Shown here: positions 9,998 to 19,837 of the stretch, piece by piece
Position numbering within the stretch: position 1 is the first letter of the stretch
Layout of the letters: each line of letters starts with the position of its first letter
Source of the DNA: Tagaea sp.
Lineage (GTDB): Bacteria > Pseudomonadota > Alphaproteobacteria > CACIAM-22H2
NCBI GenBank assembly: GCA_965279525.1
Contig: CBDIIB010000005.1
Location: forward strand, 832,001 to 896,000
Direction of reading: 5' to 3'
Length of the DNA stretch: 64,000 nucleotides
The notes under the pieces: generated by a model
What the model was told of the DNA's origin: nothing
The model's input: the letters and a program-made list of their open reading frames with translations, nothing else
Database searches by the model: none
Made by a program: the position numbers and the translations under genes

Positions 9998-10732
9998 CTA
10001 GCTGGCGCTATCGCGCGGCGGCTTGAAGGGATGTGCCAGACCCCGCTCGATCAGCGCTTCGGCCAACGGGATGTCTTCCGCGCGATCGAGATCGAAGTTG
10101 GACGGGTAGGAAATCTCGGTCGTCGCCATCGGCGAGGCGAAGAATCCCTCGCCGCGCAGAAGCGCCTCGCAGCGTGCGGCGACGAGATTGCCGAAATAGA
10201 AGCACCTCGGCTTGCGCTGTTTGTTGTAGCCGGCCGCGCGCTGTTCGGCGAAGACGAAACGCACGCGGCCGCCCTCGACTTCCCGGCTGTTCCACGCGTG
10301 GAAATTGTGCGGCGCTTGCGTCACGTTGTGACCGCTTTGAGCCGATGGATCGGCCGCCAGGACTGTCAGCAGTGCGCGGACATCTTCTGGCTGCAGAAAG
10401 GGCGATGTCGGCTGCACGAGAACCAGTATCTCCGGCAACTTCACGGTCTGGCGCGCGAGAAACTCCGCTGCGACGTCGGCAACGCCAACGTCGTCACCGC
10501 AAAGATCGGCCGGCCGATGATCGACCTCGATTCCGTGCCGTCGCGCCAGATCCGCAATCGGCGCCGACTCGGTCGAGCAGACAATCCGCTGCAGCACACT
10601 GCTGTGCTGGGCCGCCCAGATGCCGTAACTCATCAACGGCACGCCTGCCAGCGGCACCAGATTCTTTAGCGGAATGCTCTTCGAGCCACCGCGCGCCGGG
10701 ACCAGCGCCCAGGCTGTCGGAAGATCCGTCAC
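9998..10732 (-). CDS. neuA: Acylneuraminate cytidylyltransferase (CMP-nonulosonate synthetase)
   Basis: LVPARGGSKSIPLKNL, VCSTES, LVQPTSPF, FDLDRAED. Confidence 0.88.
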   Translation of the reverse strand: MTDLPTAWALVPARGGSKSIPLKNLVPLAGVPLMSYGIWAAQHSSVLQRIVCSTESAPIADLARRHGIEVDHRPADLCGDDVGVADVAAEFLARQTVKLPEILVLVQPTSPFLQPEDVRALLTVLAADPSAQSGHNVTQAPHNFHAWNSREVEGGRVRFVFAEQRAAGYNKQRKPRCFYFGNLVAARCEALLRGEGFFASPMATTEISYPSNFDLDRAEDIPLAEALIERGLAHPFKPPRDSAS

Positions 10733-11703
10733 GATGCACCGCCCGCCTGTAGCGCACGCAGCGCCTTGTCGATGACGAAACGTTCGGTCTCACGCCACGC
10801 ATCGACGGTGGAACCGCCGATATGCGGCGTCAGCAGCAGATTGGCGTGCGTTCGCGCATAGCCCAGCAGCCGCGAACTGCCAAAGGAACGAACAAAATCA
10901 GGATCGTACTCGCCGTCCACGGTATCGAGAGCGGCCCCGGCCAGATGGCCGGATTCCAGAAGGTCCAACACGGCCTGCACGTCGAGAAGCTCGCCGCGCG
11001 CGGTGTTCACAACTACCGCACCGCGCGGCAAGGCCTGCAGCACCGCCCGCGACACAAGTCCGGCGGTTTCAGAGTTTGCGACGGCATGAAGACTCAGGAC
11101 GTCGCTTCGGGCAGCCAGATCGAGCAGGTCCTTCGCCCCACCCGGGACATGCGGATCATAGAAGGCGACCTGCATTCCCATCGCTTCGGCAATCCGGGCG
11201 ACCTTGCGGCCCAGGCGCCCGTAGCCAACGAGTCCCAGACGCATGCGCGACAGCATGCGGGGCGCGGGCCACGGCCGCCTGTCCCACTGGCCGGCGAGCA
11301 CGGCTTGCGACGCCTGCGGAATGCGGCGCCAGAGAGCGAGCAGCAGGCCGATGGTGTGTTCAGCCGTCGGCGTGATCGTTTCGAGAAATGCCTGCTCGTC
11401 GTGCAGCGCGCAAACCGCGACGCCGCGGCGGCGCGCTTCGATGGCGTCAATGTGCGGAATGCCGGTCGTGTTCGAAATAACGGCTCGTAGGCGCGGGCAG
11501 CGCGCCAACTTGGCGGCATCGACCCGGAAACCCAACGGCGCACAAAGTAATGCAATCTCGCGCAGGACGTCGCCGTCGTCCTGGCGCGGATCGTCGCATT
11601 CGACCAGATCGAGGGCCGCGCGCAGCACCGCCAGGTTCTCGGGCTGGTACTGCATCACGCGATAGTAGAGGCCCTTGGGCCGCGGCTGCGCGGGAACGCC
11701 CAT
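10729..11703 (-). CDS. D-isomer-specific 2-hydroxyacid dehydrogenase (phosphoglycerate dehydrogenase-like)
   Basis: LGLVGYGRLG, VVNTARGELLD, AALDT, LLTPHIGGST. Confidence 0.88.
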   Translation of the reverse strand: MGVPAQPRPKGLYYRVMQYQPENLAVLRAALDLVECDDPRQDDGDVLREIALLCAPLGFRVDAAKLARCPRLRAVISNTTGIPHIDAIEARRRGVAVCALHDEQAFLETITPTAEHTIGLLLALWRRIPQASQAVLAGQWDRRPWPAPRMLSRMRLGLVGYGRLGRKVARIAEAMGMQVAFYDPHVPGGAKDLLDLAARSDVLSLHAVANSETAGLVSRAVLQALPRGAVVVNTARGELLDVQAVLDLLESGHLAGAALDTVDGEYDPDFVRSFGSSRLLGYARTHANLLLTPHIGGSTVDAWRETERFVIDKALRALQAGGAS

Positions 11704-11707
11704 TGAC

Positions 11708-12748
11708 TCACCGCGTCAGCAGGTCGGCTTCGAGCAGCGGCTCGTCGGCTTTCAATGCGCGTACCAACGTGCACCCCAGGACCTCATCGATGCGATTGGG
11801 AAGAATGCCGTCGCCCGGGCGCTTGGCCGCAAGATCTTCGGCATGCAGCACATGACCCGCAGGCAGGTCGCGACGTGCCACCAGCGATTTCAGGGCCCAA
11901 GCCATCCCGGCCTTCTCGCTGGGTGCCGGAACCTTGCTGCCGTGACCGAGCATACGCTCGACGCGCCGGATCTCCTCGACGAACTGCGCAAAGTCCTCGG
12001 GTCCTGCCGAAACCTTCCAGTCCTGCGCGTTGGGTACGTTGCGCAGGATCGTGATGTGTTTTTCGACGATCTTGGCGCCACGGCCGACCGCCAGAAGAAT
12101 CGCGAGATGATCTGGTGTGTGATCCGAATAGCCGACGGGTCCGGGGAACAATGCCCGCAGACGGTCCATGGCACGCAGATTGACGTCTTCGTCGGGCGCC
12201 GGGTAGCTGGTCACGCAATGCAGCAGCGCAAGCTCACGACAGCCGCCGCGCGCGCAAGCCGCGATCGCCTCCGCGACGTCTGCTTCGCCGTACATACCCG
12301 TTGAAACCGTCATGGGCTTGCCGAGTCCGGCAAGCTTCTGCAGAAAAGCGGGATTGTTGCGCTCGCCCGAGCCCACTTTCACCATCGGCACGTCGAGTTC
12401 GGCCAGCCACGATATCCGCGATTCGTCGTGGGCCGTCGACATGAATGCTATTCCGCGCTTGTCGCAGCGGTCCTTGAGGGCGCGCGCCTGCTTGAAGTCG
12501 AGATTTCGGGGCCGCAGCCGTTCACGCCACTCCGGCGCGCGTGCGGCAATCAGCTCGTCGACATCGAAGAACTGCGTCTTGAACGCGTCGGCACCGGCAT
12601 CGGCCGCAAGATCGACCAGTTGGCAGGCAAGATCCCAGTCACCGAAGTGTGCCACACCGGCTTCGGCAATTACGAAACATGGCGCATCTCCGCCGATCGC
12701 ACGCCCGGCGGCCGCGAAAGTCGGTTCGAAATCCGATGCTCTGGTCAT
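11708..12748 (-). CDS. neuB: N-acetylneuraminate/nonulosonate synthase (NeuB family, C-terminal SAF domain), atypical copy
   Basis: VIAEAGVAHFGD, KVGSGE, STGM, LHCVTSYP, GYSDHT, VEKHIT, KRPGDG. Confidence 0.88.
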   Translation of the reverse strand: MTRASDFEPTFAAAGRAIGGDAPCFVIAEAGVAHFGDWDLACQLVDLAADAGADAFKTQFFDVDELIAARAPEWRERLRPRNLDFKQARALKDRCDKRGIAFMSTAHDESRISWLAELDVPMVKVGSGERNNPAFLQKLAGLGKPMTVSTGMYGEADVAEAIAACARGGCRELALLHCVTSYPAPDEDVNLRAMDRLRALFPGPVGYSDHTPDHLAILLAVGRGAKIVEKHITILRNVPNAQDWKVSAGPEDFAQFVEEIRRVERMLGHGSKVPAPSEKAGMAWALKSLVARRDLPAGHVLHAEDLAAKRPGDGILPNRIDEVLGCTLVRALKADEPLLEADLLTR

Positions 12749-14577
12749 TCTGCTGCCGATCTCTGCTGGTTTTTCGCCATGTCGCGGAACAGTTCGTCGC
12801 TGTCAATGAGCTCTTGATAGGTTCCACGCGCACGCACGCGGCCGTTCTCCATCACGAAAATCCCGTCACAGCGCGCCACCGTCGTCAACCGGTGCGCGAT
12901 GACCACGACGGTCATCCTGCCGCGCAGCTTGTCCAGCGTCCTCTGGATGGAGGTTTCGGTGAGTGTGTCGAGCGCGCTGGTCGCCTCGTCAAGCACCAGG
13001 ATCTCTGGGTTCCGGTAAAGGGCGCGCGCAATCGCCAGGCGCTGGCGCTGTCCGCCCGACAGGCGCAGGCCGCGATCGCCGACCGGCGCGCCGAGCCCCT
13101 GCGACAGGCCCTCGACCATGTCTTCGATCGCCGCCATCTTGATCACTTCGGCCAGACGCGTCTCGTCGATTTCGGCTGGCGCAACGCCGAAGGCGATGTT
13201 GGCCCTTATCGTGCCATCGATCAGGAACGGCGACTGGGCCACATAGCCAATGCGCATACGCCATTGCGCCAGATCGATATTGGCGAGATCGCGGTCTTCG
13301 ACGCGGATGCGCCCGTGCGTCGGCACGAGAAGCCCCAGAAGCAGATCGACGGCCGTGCTCTTGCCCGCACCAGAAGGTCCGACCAAACCGTAGAAGCAAC
13401 CTCTTTGGAACACAAAATCAAGCTCCTGCACAGCGGCCGATTTACTCTTCGAGTAGGCAAACGAAACGTCCTCGAACGTAATTCTGCACCAGTCGGGGAC
13501 GGCAAGCTTTCCCTCGGATCGATCGTCTGAAGGCAGTGTCTTGAGCTGGGTCACAACCTGGGACAGCTTTTCGATCCACGGGAGCAGCCCCAAGAGACTC
13601 GTGAGAGCGCCGTGGAAGCGGTTGACTGCCGGAACGACCCGCGACGAGATTAGAACCAGCAGCGCGATCTGGAACGTGATCGATCCCGCAGTCTCGCCGA
13701 CGAGCCAGATCAGATAGGCGATCGCAATCAGCGCGATCTGGCCAAGCAGCAACAGCACCACGCCCGCACTCTGGTTCCAGTTGCTGATATGCGCGTAATT
13801 GCGCACGACGATGCCGTATGTCGATGCAAACGCCTCGGAGAATAGACCCGGTCCCCCGCTCAGCTTAATGTCCTTGATCCCGGCCAGCGCTTCGGACGCC
13901 AGTTGCGTGACCCGGTCCTGGGCGCGCCTTCTGTCGGCAATATATCGCCGGGTCCGGAGGCGGATCATGTAGATCAGCGCAACCCCGAGAACACCGAGCA
14001 CGAGCATCGTGCCGATGCCGACCTGTGGCGAAAGCGTCATCAGTAGGCCCGTCGGCAGCAGAATCATTGCGCCGTCCTTAACTAGGATGAGGCTTCGCAT
14101 GACGAATTCGCGCCCCCATATCGAGACTTCGTTCTGGAAGGTCTGGGCAAGCACCGCATGGTTGCGCGCGGCAATCCAGTTGTACGGGGCCGCGACATAG
14201 GCCTGCATCAGTTCGCGCGACAGCCGCAGTTGACAGTCGGCGCCGAAATGGCTGAACTTGGACTGGACCCAGATGCTCGCGAGACTGCTGCATGCGAGGA
14301 GCACGATGGACCCCGCGCCCAGCACGCTCAAGACGACAAAGAAGCTGGGCGCGCCAAATTGGGCATGGATCGCCACCGCCTTTGCGCTACGCGTCAAGAG
14401 GTCGGGGTCGATCACCAGCGAAATGAACGGCATCACTGATCCAAGGGCCGCAAGGTCGAGAAATGCATGTGCCACGCTCGCCGCAACCAGCCAATAGCCG
14501 GTCTTGCGCTGGGTGGCAGAAAGCAGCCCGAAGCCACCAGACACAATCGCGAGAACGGATTTAAGGCGCGCAATCAT
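12745..14577 (-). CDS. ABC transporter fused permease/ATPase (PglK/WlaB-like glycan flippase)
   Basis: N-terminal TM helices, Walker A GPSGAGKST, LSGGQRQR signature, LVLDEATSALD, IAHRL; PglK-like N-terminus (SVMPFISLVIDP). Confidence 0.88.
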   Translation of the reverse strand: MIARLKSVLAIVSGGFGLLSATQRKTGYWLVAASVAHAFLDLAALGSVMPFISLVIDPDLLTRSAKAVAIHAQFGAPSFFVVLSVLGAGSIVLLACSSLASIWVQSKFSHFGADCQLRLSRELMQAYVAAPYNWIAARNHAVLAQTFQNEVSIWGREFVMRSLILVKDGAMILLPTGLLMTLSPQVGIGTMLVLGVLGVALIYMIRLRTRRYIADRRRAQDRVTQLASEALAGIKDIKLSGGPGLFSEAFASTYGIVVRNYAHISNWNQSAGVVLLLLGQIALIAIAYLIWLVGETAGSITFQIALLVLISSRVVPAVNRFHGALTSLLGLLPWIEKLSQVVTQLKTLPSDDRSEGKLAVPDWCRITFEDVSFAYSKSKSAAVQELDFVFQRGCFYGLVGPSGAGKSTAVDLLLGLLVPTHGRIRVEDRDLANIDLAQWRMRIGYVAQSPFLIDGTIRANIAFGVAPAEIDETRLAEVIKMAAIEDMVEGLSQGLGAPVGDRGLRLSGGQRQRLAIARALYRNPEILVLDEATSALDTLTETSIQRTLDKLRGRMTVVVIAHRLTTVARCDGIFVMENGRVRARGTYQELIDSDELFRDMAKNQQRSAAE

Positions 14578-16232
14578 GCTGCGAAAGCCGCCGACCTTCT
14601 CATCTTAAAGGAATGCAGGTGGGAATCCGGCGCATGGTACCAATCGGAGATCGCGGCGCATTCGGCCGCCAGTGCCGGGCCATTCGCAGCGATCAGCGAC
14701 TGAAAGTCTGCCCAAAGCTTTTGCTGACGGAAATCGTCATCGGCCAGGAAGCTGCCCTGCCAATCGGGATGGCCGAAGAACCAGCCCGCGAATATCTCGG
14801 CCCTGCGGCGACGGTCCTGCATGTCGCTCTTCAGCCAGTCGCCATTTAGCAGCGCGGCCTTGTAGACCGCCCTGTCGGCACTCGCCACCGCAAAGCCGGA
14901 CTTGTCGTACCAGCCCTTGTCGGCAATCAGCGCTGGCTTGCCCAGGCAAGAATATTCGATCGCGGCCGTGCCGTGCATCGTGACCACGCCGTCTGCAATC
15001 GCCATCACCGCGGCACCATTCCAGCGCTTGGGACTCAGACGAACGTTCGGCAATCCGCGATCCGACACCAGATCGTCGAGCGTGATGCCGCCGTACCATT
15101 CGTCGCACGGGTGTGGCCGGAACAGCCAGTTCACATCGCGATTGGCCGTTGCCTGCGCGAGCGTGAATTCGATCCAGTCTAGAAAATCCCGGAACTGGGA
15201 TGCGCCGAAACTCTTGGGATAGTCGAACCAATTGGCGGCATAGACGGCCACAATCGGCTTGGCTGGATCCCAGCCAAACCGTTCGGCGACCGCAGCGCGG
15301 TCGATCTTCTGATCCGACACGCCGAATGCGTAGACGGCCCCGTGATCGGTGGTCTGACCCGCAAGCCGCTTTCGGATATAGTCGCGGCCGACATCCCCGA
15401 GTGCCTTCTGTGCGTGCACGGGCAGCGCGTCCATTTCCGCCGCAGTCAGCCCATCGAGCGGCCGGAAGATGCCGTCGCCGGGCAGCACCTTCCAGAAGCG
15501 CGCGACGCCGAAGCAGCCGTAGAGCGCCACGACAGGGATGCCGCGCTGGGCGGCGATCCATGCGAGCGTGCCGCAGTCGAAATTTATGGCGCTGCTGAGT
15601 ACGACGAGCGTCGGCTTCACCGCGTCGAGTAGCCGCCTCGATGCCTCAAGCGACACGAGCAACTCGCAGACGAGGGCGGGCAATCGCGGATCCCGGGGAT
15701 CGACCTGCGCGGTACGCAGGTTCTTGAGGAATGTGTCGTAGGCACACGCTGCCGGGTAGTCGCCCGGAAGCCGCCACCTGCCCACGTCGTCCGGCCCGAC
15801 CGAGGCGGCGATGAGCTCGTCGGCCTGACGCCGCGCATCGGCGCTCGCGGGACGGAAGTCGACGTAGCGTACGAACGCATCGACGCCGAGGTCGCGCATG
15901 GCCATGCGGCTAGCACGCTTCTGGTAGCGCCCGAGGAACCCGACCTCGTGCGCCTTGGCCGTTCCCAAGGCTCGACGCAGCAGCGTCAGCCGCCACCAGT
16001 AGTTGGGGTTGTACCAGCTCCCGTCGATCAGCACCGTACCCGAAAATACCGCCGTCGTGCTGCGGCCGAGATCGCGCATCTGAGCCAAAGCCGTATCGCG
16101 GTGGCGCGCGATCTCGGCTTGACTACGCCGATAGGCGGGGTCGAATTTGCGCACGAAATCTACGCCCTCGCCCCACGCGGCACGCGCGGCGTCGGCAACT
16201 GGAACCGGCAAACGGTCGAGAAGCGCGTTCAC
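14574..16232 (-). CDS. Putative capsule-biosynthesis-type (KpsS/KpsC-like) GT-B transferase
   Basis: WLFRPHPCD, VVTMHGTAAIEYSCLGKP; GTG start overlaps the upstream stop (GTGA). Confidence 0.6.
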   Translation of the reverse strand: MNALLDRLPVPVADAARAAWGEGVDFVRKFDPAYRRSQAEIARHRDTALAQMRDLGRSTTAVFSGTVLIDGSWYNPNYWWRLTLLRRALGTAKAHEVGFLGRYQKRASRMAMRDLGVDAFVRYVDFRPASADARRQADELIAASVGPDDVGRWRLPGDYPAACAYDTFLKNLRTAQVDPRDPRLPALVCELLVSLEASRRLLDAVKPTLVVLSSAINFDCGTLAWIAAQRGIPVVALYGCFGVARFWKVLPGDGIFRPLDGLTAAEMDALPVHAQKALGDVGRDYIRKRLAGQTTDHGAVYAFGVSDQKIDRAAVAERFGWDPAKPIVAVYAANWFDYPKSFGASQFRDFLDWIEFTLAQATANRDVNWLFRPHPCDEWYGGITLDDLVSDRGLPNVRLSPKRWNGAAVMAIADGVVTMHGTAAIEYSCLGKPALIADKGWYDKSGFAVASADRAVYKAALLNGDWLKSDMQDRRRRAEIFAGWFFGHPDWQGSFLADDDFRQQKLWADFQSLIAANGPALAAECAAISDWYHAPDSHLHSFKMRRSAAFAA

Positions 16233-17197
16233 GATGCCGCCGCCCCGGGCGCAGCCATCGCAATCTCGGCATCGGCGAAATCGGGTGACTTCGGCAGCCC
16301 CCGCGACTTGGCGATGCCGTGTTGCCGATAGAGAGCGTAACGCATCGGATGGATCGACGGGTAGAGGTGCAGGACGCAAGCGTAGCGCACATGCCCCGGC
16401 TGCACGAACCCGCCGCGGTGCAAAATGTTGTTGCGGAATGCGATCACGGTCCCGGCTCTGCCGGTGACATGGACGGCACGCGATTTGAAGTCAGCTTCGA
16501 TCCGTCGACCATAGTAGGCGTCGCGGACGTAATTGATCCGCTCGTTCGGCGGCAGATCGGAGGGGACGTCGATCGCACCCATGCGCGTGATCGCCGATCG
16601 CTCGTCGCGAAAGATCGCAAGTGAATCCTGCCACGGCAGACACTCCATCGCGCCATTTTCGGCCGACGTATCGACTAGCGTAAACATCACGTTGATACAC
16701 GTGCCGGGTCCGCCGTCCGAGTGCCAGATCTGGGAATCGCGCCGCATATCGGCCCGTCGCTCGGATTTGTACATAAGGCCGTAGAACACCTTGCAATGCG
16801 CACTGTAGACTCGTTCAACGAACGGGACGACCGCATGGCGCAGCATCTCTTCGATCTGCGGAAACTTCGTGTAGAGCTCGCCGCCCGTGTACCGCATGTC
16901 GCTGTTCCAAAGCGCGGCCCCACGCACGGCTTCCTCGGCGCGAACGACCGCTAGCATCTCGCTCGCCAAAGCGCCCAGCGTGGGCGTCCAGAACGACGCG
17001 AAACTGCGCTCGAGAAACTCAACCGCCTTGCCTTCCAGTTCAGGTGGCAAATCGCCCGATCCGGAAAATCGCGCGCGAGCTTGCGCCAGATAGCGCGTAA
17101 ACGGTGGCGCGTCGATACGTCCCATGCGCGAGCCGTGCGTTTCGAGCGCATGCAGCCACAGATACTCGCTCACCTTGTTTCGCAGCGTTTTCAGCAT
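16229..17197 (-). CDS. PhyH-family Fe(II)/2-oxoglutarate dioxygenase
   Basis: SQIWHSD (HxD), INVMFTLVDTSAENGAMECLP, GRAGTVIAFRNNILHRGG. Confidence 0.72.
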   Translation of the reverse strand: MLKTLRNKVSEYLWLHALETHGSRMGRIDAPPFTRYLAQARARFSGSGDLPPELEGKAVEFLERSFASFWTPTLGALASEMLAVVRAEEAVRGAALWNSDMRYTGGELYTKFPQIEEMLRHAVVPFVERVYSAHCKVFYGLMYKSERRADMRRDSQIWHSDGGPGTCINVMFTLVDTSAENGAMECLPWQDSLAIFRDERSAITRMGAIDVPSDLPPNERINYVRDAYYGRRIEADFKSRAVHVTGRAGTVIAFRNNILHRGGFVQPGHVRYACVLHLYPSIHPMRYALYRQHGIAKSRGLPKSPDFADAEIAMAAPGAAAS

Positions 17198-17205
17198 CGA
17201 TCGTC

Positions 17206-18249
17206 CTAGCTCTCGACCGGACCGTCTTCAGCCGCCGCAAGATCGTTCGGCCGGCCGACATCGATCCAGTATTCATGCAGCGGGAAAGTACCGATCTTGA
17301 GGCCCATTTCAACCGACATCGTTAACAGGTCGGGCATGTCGATCGGACGATCGCCTGGGGTCACCGCAACAGCCGACGGCGAGAAGACATAGATACCCGC
17401 GAGGATCGGGAAATGTTTCGTCGGTTTCTCGTCCACCCCTGAGAAGGCGCCGCGCAGGTCGTGCCGCACCACGCCGAACGGGATTTTGTGCTCATAGTTC
17501 GCCACGCACGCGGTCACGTCATTGGTGTGCTCGGCGTGGAATCGCGCAAGTGCAGCAAGATTGATGCTGCTCAGCACGTCGCCGTTCATGACGAGGATGT
17601 CTCCGACTTGCTGCGTCAGCAGCGCCAGGGCACCGGCGGTCCCGCGCATTTCCGGCTCGTGCAGAAGATGCGTTCGCGCCCGGCTCTGGCGCCTGCGCAG
17701 GAAATCGGCGATCTGTTCGTGCAGGTAGTGGACCGAGACGTGGATCTGCTGAATACCAGCATCCTCGATCTGGCTCAGGATGTGCTCGAGTATTGGCTTT
17801 CCGCGCACCTGTAGAAGGGGCTTGGGTGTATTGAGCGTACGGCTGCCGAGGCGGCGCCCGAAACCGCCGGCCATGACGAGGGCAGCCGCAATCGGCGACG
17901 CGGCGTCGGAAGCGACAAGTACCTCGCGTACGATTCCGGCCACGTCCAGCAGGGGCAGAAATGTGATGCCGCGCGGCCGTTCCGATGTGTCCCAGCGGTC
18001 GCCCACCTTGCCCACGACGGGATTGCTCTTCATGCACGCCGCGGCCGACGCCTCGAGACCCGCACCCGCCAGAAGTGCGCGCCGGACGTCGCCGTCGGTG
18101 ATCGTCCCGAGCAGCCGTCCCTCGACGTCGCGTACGAGGCGGAACGGATAGTGCGCGGTATTGAAGGTATGCATCACTTCGCGCAATAGCGTGTCCGGCG
18201 AAACGCTGACCACTTGGGGCGCGACGGAATGGACGATGACCGGACTCAT
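17206..18249 (-). CDS. CBS-domain sugar-phosphate nucleotidyltransferase (PtmE-like)
   Basis: CBS region LLGTITDGDVRRALL, then LVMAGGFGRRL, TPKPLL, LVMNGDVL, YWIDVGRP; start at MSPVIV. Confidence 0.88.
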   Translation of the reverse strand: MSPVIVHSVAPQVVSVSPDTLLREVMHTFNTAHYPFRLVRDVEGRLLGTITDGDVRRALLAGAGLEASAAACMKSNPVVGKVGDRWDTSERPRGITFLPLLDVAGIVREVLVASDAASPIAAALVMAGGFGRRLGSRTLNTPKPLLQVRGKPILEHILSQIEDAGIQQIHVSVHYLHEQIADFLRRRQSRARTHLLHEPEMRGTAGALALLTQQVGDILVMNGDVLSSINLAALARFHAEHTNDVTACVANYEHKIPFGVVRHDLRGAFSGVDEKPTKHFPILAGIYVFSPSAVAVTPGDRPIDMPDLLTMSVEMGLKIGTFPLHEYWIDVGRPNDLAAAEDGPVES

Positions 18250-18935
18250 GCACCGGTCTCCGCCAGAAACTCGCGCACCAGCATAAAGCGCTCGGCCGCC
18301 GCCACGCCGAAACTTGCGCCGCAGACGCGTGCGTGGGCAGCCACGATGTCCGGCATGCGCGCCGTGCCCGGGGTGATTTCGCTCCTGTAGAACTCCAGAA
18401 TCTCCAGCTTCCGGCGGAGATAGGGTGCAATATCGACGCAGACAGTCGGCAGGAACTGGCGCGCCGGCACCGGCGGTGCGGCGTCCGTTTCGGACAGAAT
18501 CTCCATTGCCCAGAGCCTTTCGACGCCAAGCGGGCGCATGCGTTGCGCCTTTGCCGCTGCCGCAACGACGGCAAATGTTGCGGCATGATCGTCGTGTGCA
18601 TCGCCTGCGTGCGGCAGCAGGATGGTCTTCGGCCTGAGCGTGGCCAGTAGCTCGCGCATCCGATCGACCAATACACCCGTGTCGGCCTTGGCAAGACCCG
18701 ACGCCGGCTCGCGCCACCAATGAAAGCTATCGAAGGGATAGGCCTTGCGCACGGCTTCGATCTGGTCGGCTTGGGTCCGGACATAGGTAGCACCCCAGCG
18801 CGCCTCGGTCGCCGCCGTGACGACAAGCCAATGGATCGCTGCGCCGCTCGCTTTGGCGCGCAGCAGCGTGCCGCCGGCGCCGAGCGTTTCGTCGTCGGGA
18901 TGCGGTGCCACGACAAGGATGTCGCCAGTCATCAT
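18246..18935 (-). CDS. PIG-L/LmbE family N-deacetylase
   Basis: VVAPHPDDETLGAGG, DAHDDH, EILSET, AERFML. Confidence 0.88.
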   Translation of the reverse strand: MMTGDILVVAPHPDDETLGAGGTLLRAKASGAAIHWLVVTAATEARWGATYVRTQADQIEAVRKAYPFDSFHWWREPASGLAKADTGVLVDRMRELLATLRPKTILLPHAGDAHDDHAATFAVVAAAAKAQRMRPLGVERLWAMEILSETDAAPPVPARQFLPTVCVDIAPYLRRKLEILEFYRSEITPGTARMPDIVAAHARVCGASFGVAAAERFMLVREFLAETGA

Positions 18936-19837
18936 AGGAACCACGTTCCTGGTTGAAGCGGTGCGGAAAAGCTGTGCGCACGTAGTACCACGGCGCCGTC
19001 CGCGCACGCGACGACGGGTCCCTGCAGATCGGCCGCGACGATGCGGCCAGGTTCCGCGTAGAGCGCGCCGGGCGGCCGCTGTCGCGAAGCGACACTCCAG
19101 ATCTTGCCCGCCCCGCCGACGCTGTGGATGGCATCGGCGCCCGGATACGGCTTGCCTAGGGCGCGCACCAGGCGGTCGATCGCATCCATCGACATGCGGA
19201 AATCGACGTGACCGTCGCTCGGCTCGCGCTTCCGCCAGTCAGTCGCGAGCGCGGGGTTCTGCGGAGTACCGCGCAGCCCCTGAGTGCCAACATGCGCCAG
19301 CAGTTCCGGTATTGCCGCAACACCCGCAGCGATAGCCTTCTCCATCAGGCTGCCTGCAGTCTCGTCGGGTGCGACGGTAAAATCGCGACGCGCCAAAATC
19401 TCGCCATCGTCGGCGGCTCCGCCGAGACGGAAGAAGCAGGCGGCGCTTTCTCGCAACGCAAGCAGGATCGTCCATATCAGCGGATGGCGGCCGCGACCGA
19501 CCGGCAGCGGCGAAGGGTGGAAGCCGATCCCGCCCAATCTTGCGTGGGCAAGCGCTTGCTCCGAAACCAGGCGGGACCAACCGAATACACACAGGATATC
19601 GGGCTTCGCTGCGGCCAGAATCGGCTCCAGTGCGTCGGAAGCACTGAGTTGATGGCACGTCACGCGGTACCGTGCGGCAAGAGGCACCAGATCCTCATAG
19701 TCAGCATGGCGGCCTACACCGGCTTCCGGTCGCAACGTGACCACAGCGCCAATGTCCGCCCCAGCTGCCACGAGCGCTTCGAGAAACGCGGCCGTCGAGC
19801 GGACGGCACCAACAAGTACAAGTTTCGGCTTCGCCAT
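18932..19837 (-). CDS. Sugar N-formyltransferase (methionyl-tRNA formyltransferase-like)
   Basis: VFGWSRLV, GFHPSPLPVGRGRHPLIW, ADDGEI, LVRALGKPYPGA. Confidence 0.85.
   Translation of the reverse strand: MAKPKLVLVGAVRSTAAFLEALVAAGADIGAVVTLRPEAGVGRHADYEDLVPLAARYRVTCHQLSASDALEPILAAAKPDILCVFGWSRLVSEQALAHARLGGIGFHPSPLPVGRGRHPLIWTILLALRESAACFFRLGGAADDGEILARRDFTVAPDETAGSLMEKAIAAGVAAIPELLAHVGTQGLRGTPQNPALATDWRKREPSDGHVDFRMSMDAIDRLVRALGKPYPGADAIHSVGGAGKIWSVASRQRPPGALYAEPGRIVAADLQGPVVACADGAVVLRAHSFSAPLQPGTWFL

Noticed and set aside
11013-11020. Other GCGGTAG matches on the minus strand (also near 27100)
   Set aside because: They lie inside coding sequence, lack the full nnTG spacing, and are expected by chance at this GC content.
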